Shown here one piece after another: positions 53,040-64,000 of a stretch of 64,000 bases of DNA. The position numbers were made by a program, and so were the translations under genes. Each line of letters starts with the position of its first letter. Position 1 is the first letter of the stretch. The notes beneath the pieces are model-generated. The model had not been told where the DNA came from, made no database searches, and saw nothing but the letters and a program-made list of their open reading frames with translations. This DNA comes from Squalus acanthias. Its lineage: Eukaryota. Location: the NCBI GenBank assembly GCA_030390025.1, contig CM059432.1:100690001-100754000 (forward strand), given 5' to 3'.

Positions 53040-53610
53040 TAGTATTCTGCGGCGAGTGTCTCACGTCCTGACTCCCCAAAGCCTTTCCACCATCTACAAG
53101 AAGTGTGATGGAATACTCTCCACTTGCCTGGATGAGTGCAGCTCCAACAACACTCAAGAAGCTCGACACCATCCAGGACAAAGCAGCCCACTTGATTGGC
53201 ACCCCATCCACCACCTTAAACATTCACTCCCTCCACCACTGGCGTACCGTGGCTGCAGTGTGTACCATCTACAAGATGCACTGCAGCAACTCGCCAAGGC
53301 TTCTTCGGCAGCACCTCCCAAACCCGCGACCTCTTCCACCTAGAAGGACAAGGGCAGCAGGCGCATGGGAACACCACTACCTCCAAGTTGCCCTCCAAGT
53401 CACACACCATCCTGACTTGGAAATGTATCGCCGATCCTTCATCAACGCTGGGTCAAAATCCTGGAACTCCCTACCTAATAGCACTGTGGAAGTACCTTCA
53501 CCACACGGACTGCAGCGGTTCAAGAAGGCGGCTCACCACCACCTTCTCAAGGGCAACTAGGGATGGGCAATAAATGCTGGCCTTGCCAGCGACACCCACA
53601 TCCCATAAAC
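53040..53610 (+). mobile_element. 3' fragment of the tRNA-headed APE-RT LINE family
   Basis: MEYSPLAWMSAAPTTLKKLDTIQDKAA...HLLKGN* and the same 3' tail. Confidence 0.88.
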
Positions 53611-53699
53611 GTATATTTTTTTTTAAAGTGAACGATAATCCTGTGCTCTAAGTCCAATTGAAAAGCCAATCATTGACAGAACACTCGTGTTCTGTCTAC

Positions 53700-53888
53700 C
53701 CATCTACCTGGCTCTCTATCTCGCTCTCCTTTAAGACACTCCTTAAAACCTACCTCTTTGAACAAACTCTTGATCATCTGTCCTAATATGTGTGTCGGTG
53801 TCAAATTCTGTTTGACAACGCTCCTGTGAAGCGCCTTGGGGTGTTTTTACTATGTTAAAGGCATTATATAAATGCAAGTTGTTGTTGT
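53700..53888 (+). mobile_element. L2 3' UTR fragment
   Basis: CCTTAAAACCTACCTCTTTGA...TATATAAATGCAAGTTGTTG. Confidence 0.7.
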
Positions 53889-54282
53889 GTTCACAGCATG
53901 ACAGAAGATTGGAACATTTTTATCCAAGACGTTATAAGGTCCAGTGTAATCAGTCTAATGGGTACACAAACATTCAGAACAACAGGGAGAGTGCAAGGAT
54001 GTCTTGAGGATAAATTCACTGTGGATCTAAATAGGAAATGACATAATTAAGTTACTTTGTTTTAAGAACCCTACAGTAAAGAGTGGGTGCAGTCATTGTT
54101 GAATGTCTTTATTACCGGTCATAAACAAGTCCCACTAATACGAGATTCCACAATGGTGGGTAAATGATGAACATGCTCACCAACACATACAATTCTCCAA
54201 TCTGTGTTCCTGTTGAGTGATATTCTACACTGAGTGTGGTCTTTTACAATTTTGGGGAAATCTTACATAGGACACACACTTC

Positions 54283-56462
54283 GGGCTGGATTTTGTCAAT
54301 GGGGACGTGATGGAGGCGGGACTCCCACTTTTTGGGTTGTAGTCCTGCCTCCATCGACTTGTGGCCAACCCACTCGATTTTCCCTTGAAAGTGAGCAAGG
54401 GGCCTCCATTTCTGCTGAAGCCACAGGGGAAGCACTACATAGGAGCACGCGTAAGAGGAAGATAAAGCACAATTAGTCACACGGGCAGTCACTTGGGTGT
54501 TTTTTTGTGTTTAATAATTAAATGCCATCCCTTTGTGAATATATTAAACTCTGGTGATGGCAAACTGTTGACGTTATGGCCTCTGTGATTTCGGTTTTGG
54601 AAGTTCCACATTGCGGCCTCAGCGAGACTTGCTTGGTCAGGTTGGTGGTCAGAGTGAGAGAAAGCCAGAGAATCATGCCCATTGTCTATCTTGTGCTAAG
54701 AAGGAGCCAAGCACATGTGCTAGAATGGGCAGCCTAAGCAAATCTGGCCAAGATGAGTGCATTCCTTGCATTCCGGCCAGCAATGTGCTCACGTGCTGCT
54801 GCTGGTTAATGCGCCTCCGTTCGGTCATCATTCTCCTCCTCCTTCTCTTCATCCGAGGAGGCTATGTACTGAGCCACTTGCTCCTCAGGAAGCTGCAAGC
54901 CACGATGCCGTGCGATGTTGTGCAGTGCACAGCAGACCATGACCATTCTGGAGACCCTGGCTGCTGAGTACTGCAGGGCTCCACCTGATCGGTCAAGGCA
55001 TCTGAATCGCATCTTCAGCAAGCCGATGGTTTGTTCGATGATGGACCTGGTCGAAATGTGGCTGGCGTTGTTGCGCTCCTCAGCTTCGTTCGCTGGCCTC
55101 CTGATCGGCGTCATTAGCCACGTCGTCAGGGGGTAGCCCTTGTCTCCAAGTAGCCATCCGTTAAGTTGGTTTGGCGGCTTGAAGAGCGGAGGCACACTAG
55201 AGTTCTGCAGGAGGAACGAGTCATGGCAACTGCCGCAGTACTTGGCATAAACATGCAAAATCTCCTTCTTGTGGTTATACACCAGCTGTACATTGAGGGA
55301 GTGGAAGCCCTTGCGGTTGACAAAAATAGCTGGGCTGTGATGGGGTGCCCTCAGGGCCACATGTGTGCAGTCTATGACGCCTTGCACCATTGGCATGCCT
55401 GCCATATTTGCGAATCCAACCGCACACACGGTTATACTTGCTTGATCCATTGAAAAGTTTATGTAATTGTGCGCCTTTGTGAAGAGGGCATCGGTAAACT
55501 GCGTGATGTAACTGCGAGCAGCCGACTGGGAGATGCACCTGATGTCTGCTGATGATCCCTGGAAGGAGCCTGAAGCAAAAAAGTTGAGTGCGGTGGTGAC
55601 TTTGACAGCCACTGGTAAGGGGTGTCCACCGGATCCTCTGGGCTCCAGGTGTTGGTGCAGCATTGCGCAGATGTCTCCGACAACTTCTCGTGAAAGTCTC
55701 AGCCTCCTTTGGCACTGCTGCTCACTCATGTTAAGGAAGCTCATCCTCTGTCTGTAAATCCTGAGAGGAGGGTATCTCCTGTGGTGACATGCTGCCATGC
55801 GCCGGCGCCTTCTGCCTTGTGCACCATCAGGTGGGTGAGCAGCAGGTTGTCGCTCCTGCTTGCTGTTCTGCCTGGTTCTGCTGCTGCCGTGGCTGCTCCT
55901 CATCCGAATCTGAGGTCCATGATGAAAGGAAATAAATGTTTCCCATGCTGCTGATAGATACTTCCGTTGGGGAAGCGTTCAGTCCAAGTGGGAGAGGGTT
56001 TTCCCAGGAGGTACCAAAGTAGATAGATCTCAGCTGCACCACCTCCGACTTCAGTAGGCCTGGAAAAAGTGCTCAAAGACCTGTGGAAAAAAAGTTCTGC
56101 CACCTGCAACTCATTCCTGTTGAAAGCTCCGTTTTTATGGTGGAGCTGCAGCTGTGAGGAGGTCAGCCACTTATCAACCCGCCAGGATTAGCTGGTGTGG
56201 TTTAGGAGCAGCGTGCAACACGCTGTAAATGTGGCAAAATAACAAAGGCCGGGGGAAATTGGATTATAGAGGCCTTTGAGCGCTTCTTAAGGGTCTTAAC
56301 TGCCTATTCTGCTTCTTGGAGGCGGGACCGAATCACACTCGTGAAGCCCGCCTCCGGCAAAGTTGCGCGGAGGCGGGGTTCCGAACCCACACTCAATTTT
56401 TGCAATTTTACCAACTGTCCCGCCTCCAAACTCGCCTCCTCAGGGTTGGTAAAATCACCCCC
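54283..56462. mobile_element. PIF/Harbinger element carrying only a transposase
   Basis: TIR-like ends GGGCTGGATTTT..GGAGGCGGGAC and GTCCCGCCTCC..AAAATCACCCCC enclose the transposase ORF. Confidence 0.8.
54806..55903 (-). CDS. Harbinger DDE transposase (HARBI1-like), uninterrupted 365-codon ORF
   Basis: [67 protein letters not shown]. The true N-terminus may be MGNIYFLSS at about 55946 in another frame. Confidence 0.85.
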   Translation of the reverse strand: MRSSHGSSRTRQNSKQERQPAAHPPDGAQGRRRRRMAACHHRRYPPLRIYRQRMSFLNMSEQQCQRRLRLSREVVGDICAMLHQHLEPRGSGGHPLPVAVKVTTALNFFASGSFQGSSADIRCISQSAARSYITQFTDALFTKAHNYINFSMDQASITVCAVGFANMAGMPMVQGVIDCTHVALRAPHHSPAIFVNRKGFHSLNVQLVYNHKKEILHVYAKYCGSCHDSFLLQNSSVPPLFKPPNQLNGWLLGDKGYPLTTWLMTPIRRPANEAEERNNASHISTRSIIEQTIGLLKMRFRCLDRSGGALQYSAARVSRMVMVCCALHNIARHRGLQLPEEQVAQYIASSDEEKEEENDDRTEAH

Positions 56463-56728
56463 TCAGTGTTTGCAGCACCTCAATGTTGTCAAACACTGAA
56501 AAAATCATCTGTCAAAAAGAAATGGTGGTGGCCCCTTTAAGAAAACTGGCAGATGACGCTTCATCAACTGACGTCATCTGACACCAGCTTTCTCTGAATT
56601 GGCCGGCAAGCCCGCAGGGCGGGCTTAACAAGGCCAACTGACGCAAAATAGCGTCTGTGCGTCGGACGTCGCTGGGGACGGGACTAGAACCCGAAAGGCA
56701 GCAGTCCCGCCCCCAACGCGCCTCTTCA
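56463..56728. mobile_element. Fragment of a relative of the 36675/45084 Harbinger family
   Basis: CAGTGTTTGCAGCACCTCAATG...TGACGTCATC...GCAGGGCGGGCTTAACAAG matches about 46582-46752. Confidence 0.65.
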
Positions 56729-56739
56729 GGTAAGATCCT

Positions 56740-57480
56740 GGCCAAAGTACTTGTTTAATTTCTCTGCCATTTCCTTATTCCCCATTATAACTTTTCCTGT
56801 CTCAGCCTGTAAGGGACCCACATTTACTTTTGCTAATCTTTTCCTTTTTACATACCTATAGAAGCTTTTACAGTCTGTTTTTATGTCTCTCGCTAGTTTA
56901 CTCTCATATTCTATTTTCCTTTTCTTGATCAATTTCTTGGTCCTCCTTTGCTGAATTCTAAAATCGTCCCAATCCTCAGGCTTACCACTCTTTTTGGTAG
57001 CATTATAAGTCTCTTCCTTTGATCTAATACTATCTTTAACTTCTCTTGCTAGCCACGTTTGGACCACTTTTCCTGTGGGGTTTTTGTGCCTTAAAGGAAT
57101 GTATATTTGTTGTAAATTATGTATCAATTCTTTAACTGCTAGCCATTGCTCATCTACTGTCATACCTTTTAATGTAGTTTCCCAATCTACCTTAGCCAAC
57201 TCGCCCCTCATAACTACGTAGTTTGCTTTGTTTAGATTTAAGACCCTAGTTTCGGATTTAACTAAGTTACCTTCAAACTCAATATAAAATTCTATCATAT
57301 TATGGTCACTTTTCCCTAAAGGTCCCTTTACTACAAGGATATTAATTAACCCTTTCTCGTTGCACAATACTAGATCTAAAATAGCCTGTTCCCTAGTTGA
57401 TTCCTCAACATACTGATCTAGAAATCTATCTTGCATACATTCCATGAATTCGTCCTCCACACTATTACTGCAAATTTGGT
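56740..57480 (-). mobile_element. CR1 LINE internal fragment (APE C-terminus and linker)
   Basis: QYVEESTREQAILDLVL..LGKSDHNMIEF..KSFYRYVKRK..MAEKLNKYF. Confidence 0.88.
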
Positions 57481-58675
57481 CTGGTTGTCTGCACCTCGGA
57501 CTCCAGCTCAACAACCCAAAGATGAAGTTCCTCGAGATGCAGGCACTTACTGCAGGCGTAGCCGTCCGGGATCGCGATGCTCTCCACAAACTCCCACAAG
57601 CTGAAGTTGCGGCACACCACCTGCACTGCCATCCCTATATAACCTTGTTTTATTTATTTAATTAGAGTTGATGTATTTTCATTAACTTAGCGTATACAGT
57701 AGTTTAGTTTTTTACCTAATTACTTGATCTAGTTTATTATTAGGTAGATAAAATTAAATATTTACCTGTAACACAAAGCACAAGAAGTATTGGAGGTAAA
57801 AAGCAGCACCTCCTTCCCCCTCTGCTCCGAATTTCAACTCTCTGCAAATTCCAAAATTTAACACTCTGTTTAAGTACACTCCCTTTAAGACCACTCTGTG
57901 AAGACCAGACCAAACTTTTGGACCGGTAAGGGCTGGTGTTTGGATTATGTAGACAAACACTACAGTTTGAAGTGATGCATTTTGGGAGGAAGAATGAGGA
58001 GAGACAATATAAACTAAATGGTACAATTTTAAAAGCGGGTAAGGAACAGGGAGATCTGTGGGTTCACAAACACAAATCTTTAAAGTTGACAGGACAAGTT
58101 GTTCAGGCAACAATGGGATTTCTCCAATTATTTCCCTTTTGAGCCATGATGGCACTTGACATATGCGGTTCCATGGGTACCAGCAGCTTTACAGTACCTG
58201 ACCCAAAAGGCAGTGTCATCAGGCTATTTGACTGTGGAGGGATTCACAGCTGGGCCTAATCTTGCTCTTAGCTGTCAGCCACACATACTTGCTTTACAGC
58301 AGGAATTACTACACTGTGATTAGGAGCAGAAACCCTGTCAAATTTTTCGCTTCACCAACCCAAGTAGCTGAGACTAACCGTAATAATTCAACTTTTACTC
58401 AACTAACTTCAAAAGTAATCCATTGGTTGTAACATGTTTTGGGACATCCTGAGGTTGTGAAAGGCGTTATATAAATGCAAGTCTTTCTTTTCTTTATACG
58501 CTTTGACTGAGTGGGAAGCCCCCATTCACAATATGGAATCAGTAACCTGTAACATTCATTCTTGTTGAACTCTTGCTGTATTTTTCACCTTCAATTTTAT
58601 TGTTACTAATATAAAACAGAAAATGCTAGCAAAATACAATAGCTTCAACAGTATCTGAAAAGGGATACTTTTGAA

Positions 58676-59432
58676 GGGGCAATTTTAACTCCCTTCATCC
58701 GATGGAAACAGGATGGTAGCAGAGTTAAAATCGAGGTGGTCAAGCTATCAGCCCAATCCCACTCTACCACCATTTTAATCGGGTCTTACACTGGGCAGCC
58801 CAGGCACCCGCCTGAATTAGGATGAAGCCTCATTTATCTATGCAAATTAGGGTCCTATGATGTACAGATGTCTCCAATGGAATTTTGATGGCCTACTGAG
58901 TGGAGCATGCACCCTGGACACACTGCTCAGTAAAACCTGGCAGTGAAGAGGAAGAGACCACAAAAAGGTAATCTTAAAATTATTTCTGCAGGGCCAATAG
59001 GAGCAAGAGTGTTTCCTCCAGGCCCACCAAGTTAACCTGTAAAACCCCACCCCTGCAATCACCGACTCCCCCCACCTCCACAATCTTGCCCCTCTGAACC
59101 CCCCATATTACCGATCTCCCCCGACTCCCTGCGATCTCTAACTCTCCCCATCCCCCCATCCCTCCCCCCCCACACTGTGATCACCCCTGACCCCCCCCAA
59201 CCATGCTCTACCCACCATCCCACCCCCATCCCCACCCCCCACATGACCCCCCCGCCACTCACCTGGTCCTGGGACTGCAGCCTTCCTCACCCGACAGGGA
59301 GCCAAGCCTGTCAATCAGGCTGGCTTCTTGGCAGGGAATCTATTTTTTTTAAACTCCATGGCATTTGGGGGAAACCACCCGACCATAACTCCTCCCCCTC
59401 TAGGAAACTCAGCTACAGTGAATATCGCGGCC
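58676..59432. mobile_element. Harbinger-type MITE with a C-rich core
   Basis: Ends GGGGCAATTTT and AATATCGCGGCC; subterminal similarity to the 1190 and 49381 elements. Confidence 0.5.
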
Positions 59433-60478
59433 AATATTTCAGTGAGCAAGTGGTCAATCTATGGAACAGGCTCTCTAGGGCGATGGTGGAAGCAGTTAGT
59501 ATTGATTAATTCAACTGCAAAAGAGATAGATTTCTTTGAGAAAATAACATTCTGGGATATAGTTTGAGTAATTTGAGACATGACATGCTTGAGACGAACA
59601 GATGACTTTGGACCTCGGTGCGGCGAGAATATCGGCTCCCGCTAAATTTGGCGGGAGGTTTGCGGCGGCGGTATGGCGTTGCGTCCCAATCTCCTTCACC
59701 TGGAGATCGTGACGTCATCGCCGTGCGCATTGCCCCAGACCCGAACTTCAGTTCCGCCCCCTGCAGCAGCGCCGGCCGACAACACCGACAGCTGCAGGAG
59801 GCATTCATCGGGGGGCCGGGCGCTACTGGGGCGATACTTAAAGGCGAGGTGTCCGAGGTAGGCAAAAAAATAATCAAATGCTCGTTTTCTGTTTTTTTTT
59901 CCTTTTTTCCCCAGCTCTCGATCAGCCCGGCACTCTGCTGCAGTGCATGGGACTGATCGGGCCGGATCGCGGCTGCTGTCGGGGACCAGGTAAGTTTTTT
60001 CCTTGCAAAGCCTGGAGCGATGGCCCTTCCCTTTAAGGGAGGGAAGGACCCTTCCAACGCGGCAGAACTGCACGGCCCATTGTGCAACGCTGCACACCGA
60101 CTGCCCCGCCTGCTGCCTGTTGTTCTCCAGGAACGAAGTGGAGCGCTTGATTTAGCTCCACTTCCTTCCTAGAGCGCAAAACCAAATTTTTTTTAAGTTG
60201 AGAAACATTAGCGCCTGCCGCTAATTTTTTCAACTTTTAAAAGTTAACGTCCCAAATGGGGCTATAATGAATTTCTCCACCGTGGTTCCCAAAGCTCTCC
60301 ACCACTGGGGTTTTTCACATCTCATGTCTAGGTTTGTTGTAGACTAATTGATAGAGATTGATTGCTATGATTAGTCAACAACATCCATTATTGGTGTATC
60401 ATGCAACTACCAGGATGGTAGAAGGCAAACTAGACGGATCTTGGTCTTTTCTTGTCCAGCAATTCCTATGTTCCTATG
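59433..60478 (+). mobile_element. CR1 3' fragment interrupted by a MITE
   Basis: YFSEQVVNLWNRL..VEA; tail TTCCTATGTTCCTATG near 60462-60478. Confidence 0.7.
59621..60281. mobile_element. Harbinger MITE nested in CR1
   Basis: Ends CGGCGAGAATAT and GAATTTCTCCACC with TSD GTG on both sides. Related to 1-576 and the 9379 family. Confidence 0.75.
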
Positions 60479-60794
60479 GTAATGAGGGCGCACTCTCAAA
60501 ATGGACCAGGATTCCCACTGGACAGATGGGGCAGCCGGCCCGTGCACTTAACCAGTCGGCTGTGCAATGGTTGCAATGTCCCCGAGAGAGTAAGATGATG
60601 TTCTGTTGAAGGATCCCCACCAGAAACATGAACCTATCTTTTCTCTTAACAGATACTGATGGATCTGTTGTATATATCGCTCCACCATTGACGGCCGTGC
60701 TTTCAGCTGCTGAGGCCCCAAACTCTGGAATTCTCTCCTATTTTTTCCTTTTTTCTCTCCCTAAACCTTCTCCGCCTCTCTACCTCTCTCCTTA

Positions 60795-61582
60795 AGAGGC
60801 TGGCTGGCTGCAGGCAGGAAGGCCTGCGGCACTAGGCCACACAGAGGAAGGAGGCAGGGATCGAGTGGGGGTTGGGAGGTAGCTGGAGAAGCAAGGGGGA
60901 CGTCAGATGAGGATTGCGGGCCGGGGGCAGCCGGAGGAGCACGGGCTGGGCCAGGACCAGCACGGGGGGGCGGGGGTTGCAAAGGATCGGGGGGGGGGGG
61001 GGCGGGGGGGGGGGGCGGGGTAGGTGGGGGGTGGTGCAAGGTGGATCAGCGGCCGGGAGCAGCACCAAGGGGGGTGGTGGGGGGCAACAGCACGTTGGGG
61101 AGGATCTTAGGCCTGGGGGGGATCGGAGGCCTGACAGGGGGGTTGGGGGGGGGGGGGTGGAGATTGGTGGCCTGTGGGGAAAATCGGAGGCCTGGGGCGG
61201 TGATCGGAGGCCTCGTAGGGGGGGTCTCCAATCACAGGGGTGGGTTAGGTAGGGACCCTGGATCCAGGAGGTAAGTGTGAAGGCATTTACCTCCTGGATG
61301 CAGAAGTCCTAGCCTTCCATTAGCTGGTGGGTATTAAGAGGTGTGCAAAACCCAACCAGCTAAAATTAAAGATATAATGGAGGTTAAAGCAGAGGCTTCC
61401 AGCGTCATTGATATAGACGGCCCGCCTCCTGCCTGCGGGTTGGCTGCCCACTCCCGCCCCGCCTCCGTTTAAACCGGAAGTGGGTGGGTTGGAGGCGGGT
61501 TCAGGTCGGGATTCTGATTTTTAAAACTTTAACTACCCCCGCGCCCCCAACCTGCCAGTTTTGTTAGGTTAAAATTCCCCTC
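60795..61582. mobile_element. G-rich MITE, left end missing, lying inside an L2 3' fragment (about 60680-61680)
   Basis: Right end GGTTAAAATTCCCC. L2 sequence lies on both sides: CCCCAAACTCTGGAATTC before it, TATATAAATGCAAGTTGTTG after it. Confidence 0.7.
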
Positions 61583-62558
61583 TCGGTGTCAAAAATGTTG
61601 TTATCGGTAACACTCTTGCTTAAGCGCCTTGGGACAGTTTGGTACGTTCAAGGGGCTATATAAATGCAAGTTGTTGTTGCTGTGTATTTCCAGTACTTTC
61701 TGGGTTTTTTTAAATTTCAAGATACAGGGTTTGTTTCTATCTGATACTGGTTCCTGCTTTAATTTGTCATCTCTTGTTCACGCCAATAGATATTCCACAT
61801 CAAGCTTTAGCGTGAAATCGCAATTGGCAAAAGCACTTGTCCTTTTTTTAATTTAATTTCACAGTGGTTGCAGTGGTAGACAGCTGGATACCAACAAAAC
61901 CCGTCATTGAGTAACAGGACGCAGGCTCGCTCCTGCAACTGCTCTACTTGGCTGCCGGGGTAGGCGTAATGCAGAGGCACAACAGCCCATGCAAAGAGAA
62001 ACCCAAAAGTATTGGAGGGAGTTACCAATGCCGACCATTGTTCTGTCACTATAGGGTTTGTGAATAATTACAACTGTTAGTTTCATAGTACCTAATATAG
62101 CAAAATTGTCTGGCGGGGAGGGGGAGCAGAGTGGAGATATGAGTAGTGGGAAGGTGACCAAGAACGCAGTCAAACATATTAAGAAGGCATTTAATGATGG
62201 TGAAAGATGTGCCAAGGGATATGGGCTTAGTAATTCGAGAATGTGGAGGCAAGATGGTTGAAGGCTCTGGAGTAGGATGCAGACGTAGGATGGGGCAAGG
62301 GCGTAAATGAGCAGATAATGATTAACATACGTAATGGATTTATGAGTAGAGTGGTGGAGGCAAAAAACCTGGAACAGCTAGATGCAGTAATGGGGGAAGT
62401 GGAGGGCTGTTCTGGATGGATGTAGTAAGATGGGCCAAATGGCCTTCCACAACCACAAGTGTTTTGCGATCAGTTAAACATTCCAACTCACTCAGTCTCA
62501 CAGTTACATCTGCCATTACTTCAAATCAAAATCTCTTTAAGTGCTCATAAAGTTCTTA

Positions 62559-64000
62559 GGCTGCGAAATTCGAGGTTGTAGCATCGGCCATTAAGGCCGG
62601 TTGTGTTGAAAAAATGGCGGCACATCGCTTCCACCCGCTTCCAGTGCGGGACACAATGGCCACCATTTTGGAGAGGTCGGCAGTGCTGCCGTTGCCTGTG
62701 CTCGCCTCTCCCATGTAAATGTGCAGATCGTGACATCAATCGGCATGCAACGCTTGAATTGACGCATAACTGCGATTTTGTACAGTGTCATTCTCTATAC
62801 CGCCCTCTCCTAACCATGCACAGAAGAACATGCGTGCAGGAGTTCTACAGAGACGCTGTTAGCGCTTCTTAAAGGGACACACACATCTTTCAGGTAAATT
62901 TTGATTTCAGCTTTTGGAGTTTTATTTTACATTTTATTGGAGTAGTGGCTTGGTGCAATACATTTAAAAAGTTGTTAAAGTGTGCAGAGACGCTTTTCAG
63001 GCTTTGGCTGTTAAAGGAAGGTGTCTGAGAACAACACTTGCTCACAGTCCTGGGGCTCTAATTGCAATCCGCTTGGACTGCAACATCACGTGGAGATGAA
63101 GCAGAGGCAGCAAAGGAGACAAGCTGCTCACAGAGGGAGGAGGAAGAAGCAGAAGAGGAAGAAGCAGAAGAGGAGGAAGTGGAAGGAAGGCAACCCGGAC
63201 AGCCCCTTTCTGGCGGGGATATCCGGGATCGAATCATCCGCCTGTGGTACCAGTGACCACAACCCCAATTACCCTTTCATCATTTGTCCCACACCTTACC
63301 TTCCCTCTGTTACTGGCCATTACAGCGTTCTCTTGTCACAATGCTAAAATAAAAGCCAACACAAAGCAAACTTTCCAATCCAACTACATCCAATGTTACA
63401 TCAAAAAATCAACTAATCTCCCTTGTACATTCCATTAGTGACTGTCTTATGTGTGTCTTTGAATATCCTAGTGATGTTGCGCAGTGCTACCCCAGTGGCT
63501 GCAGCAAGCGGAAGGCTGCTGACTTTCAGTGGGGGACACTGCAAATAACCCTTCAGGACAACCTTGAGAAGCTGGTGGCTGGGAATGTGAAATCGAATAA
63601 TGATGTTTCTGCTTCTTCTTCTTCTTCAATCTCCTCTCCCTCTTCTTGGTCAATCACTGGCTGGGCAGGCTGCATTTCTTGGGTGTCTGAAATGAGGAAG
63701 GCACAAGGGTAGGGTTGTGGTGAGGGGAGGGCGGGAAAGCAAGAGGGGCATGCTTACAGCATGTGCAGCTTGTAAATCAGAAGAGATTGTGCGATGAGGG
63801 GGAAGTGGGATGTGAGCAGGAGGATAATGTATTTTTTCAGCCCCGCCACTGTCCAAGGGCTCAGCCATGCACTGCCAAGAATGACCAATGCTGTCTCCTC
63901 GAAGGGGGTGAAGTGAAGCTAGAAATGTAAGGTGTGTCTCGTGCTTGGTAGAGATTGTTGGTAGGTGAGTGATGGAGGGTGTGGGTTGTGCATTGAGCAG
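62559..64000. mobile_element. Internally deleted Harbinger element running off the window end
   Basis: TTA followed by GGCTGCGAAATTCG. A plus-strand remnant EEEEVEGRQPGQPLSGGDIRDRIIRLWY* resembles the transposase C-terminus at 11474 (..ARAVRERLIRHRFR*). Confidence 0.6.

Noticed and set aside
54806..55903. Domesticated host gene HARBI1
   Set aside because: It is bounded by TIR-like ends inside an intron and has related decayed elements nearby, so it is a transposon copy. No gene symbol was assigned.
61863..62048. Possible extra CSMD3 exon (open minus-strand frame after ccctatAG, phase 1)
   Set aside because: The peptide has no CUB or Sushi pattern, the pyrimidine tract is poor and the donor (GTGAAA) is weak. 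The expected upstream Sushi exon was not found in the window.

Overview
Eukaryotic, intron-dominated DNA, most likely from a cartilaginous fish (shark). This is inferred from the repeat set: Deu-domain tRNA-SINEs, CR1 LINEs with TTCCTATG/TTCTTATG tails, L2, Penelope and abundant Harbinger elements. Five consecutive minus-strand exons of CSMD3 (52484-52653, 22128-22284, 7850-8041, 2093-2219, 865-1067) have GT-AG boundaries and splice in frame to 849 nt encoding CUB-Sushi-CUB. The introns hold two PIF/Harbinger elements with transposase genes (one also with a convergent Myb/SANT partner gene), many Harbinger deletion derivatives and MITEs with 3-bp TSDs, a Penelope element with a minimal hammerhead ribozyme, and CR1, L2 and SINE copies. 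The most unusual element is a four-copy APE-RT LINE family. Its 5' end is a tRNA-like Pol III head, it has no visible ORF1, and its sense strand almost lacks TTTT Pol III terminators, so it is a candidate Pol III-transcribed protein-coding retrotransposon. No prokaryotic system or CRISPR array is present. Family names come from motif recognition, not database searches.
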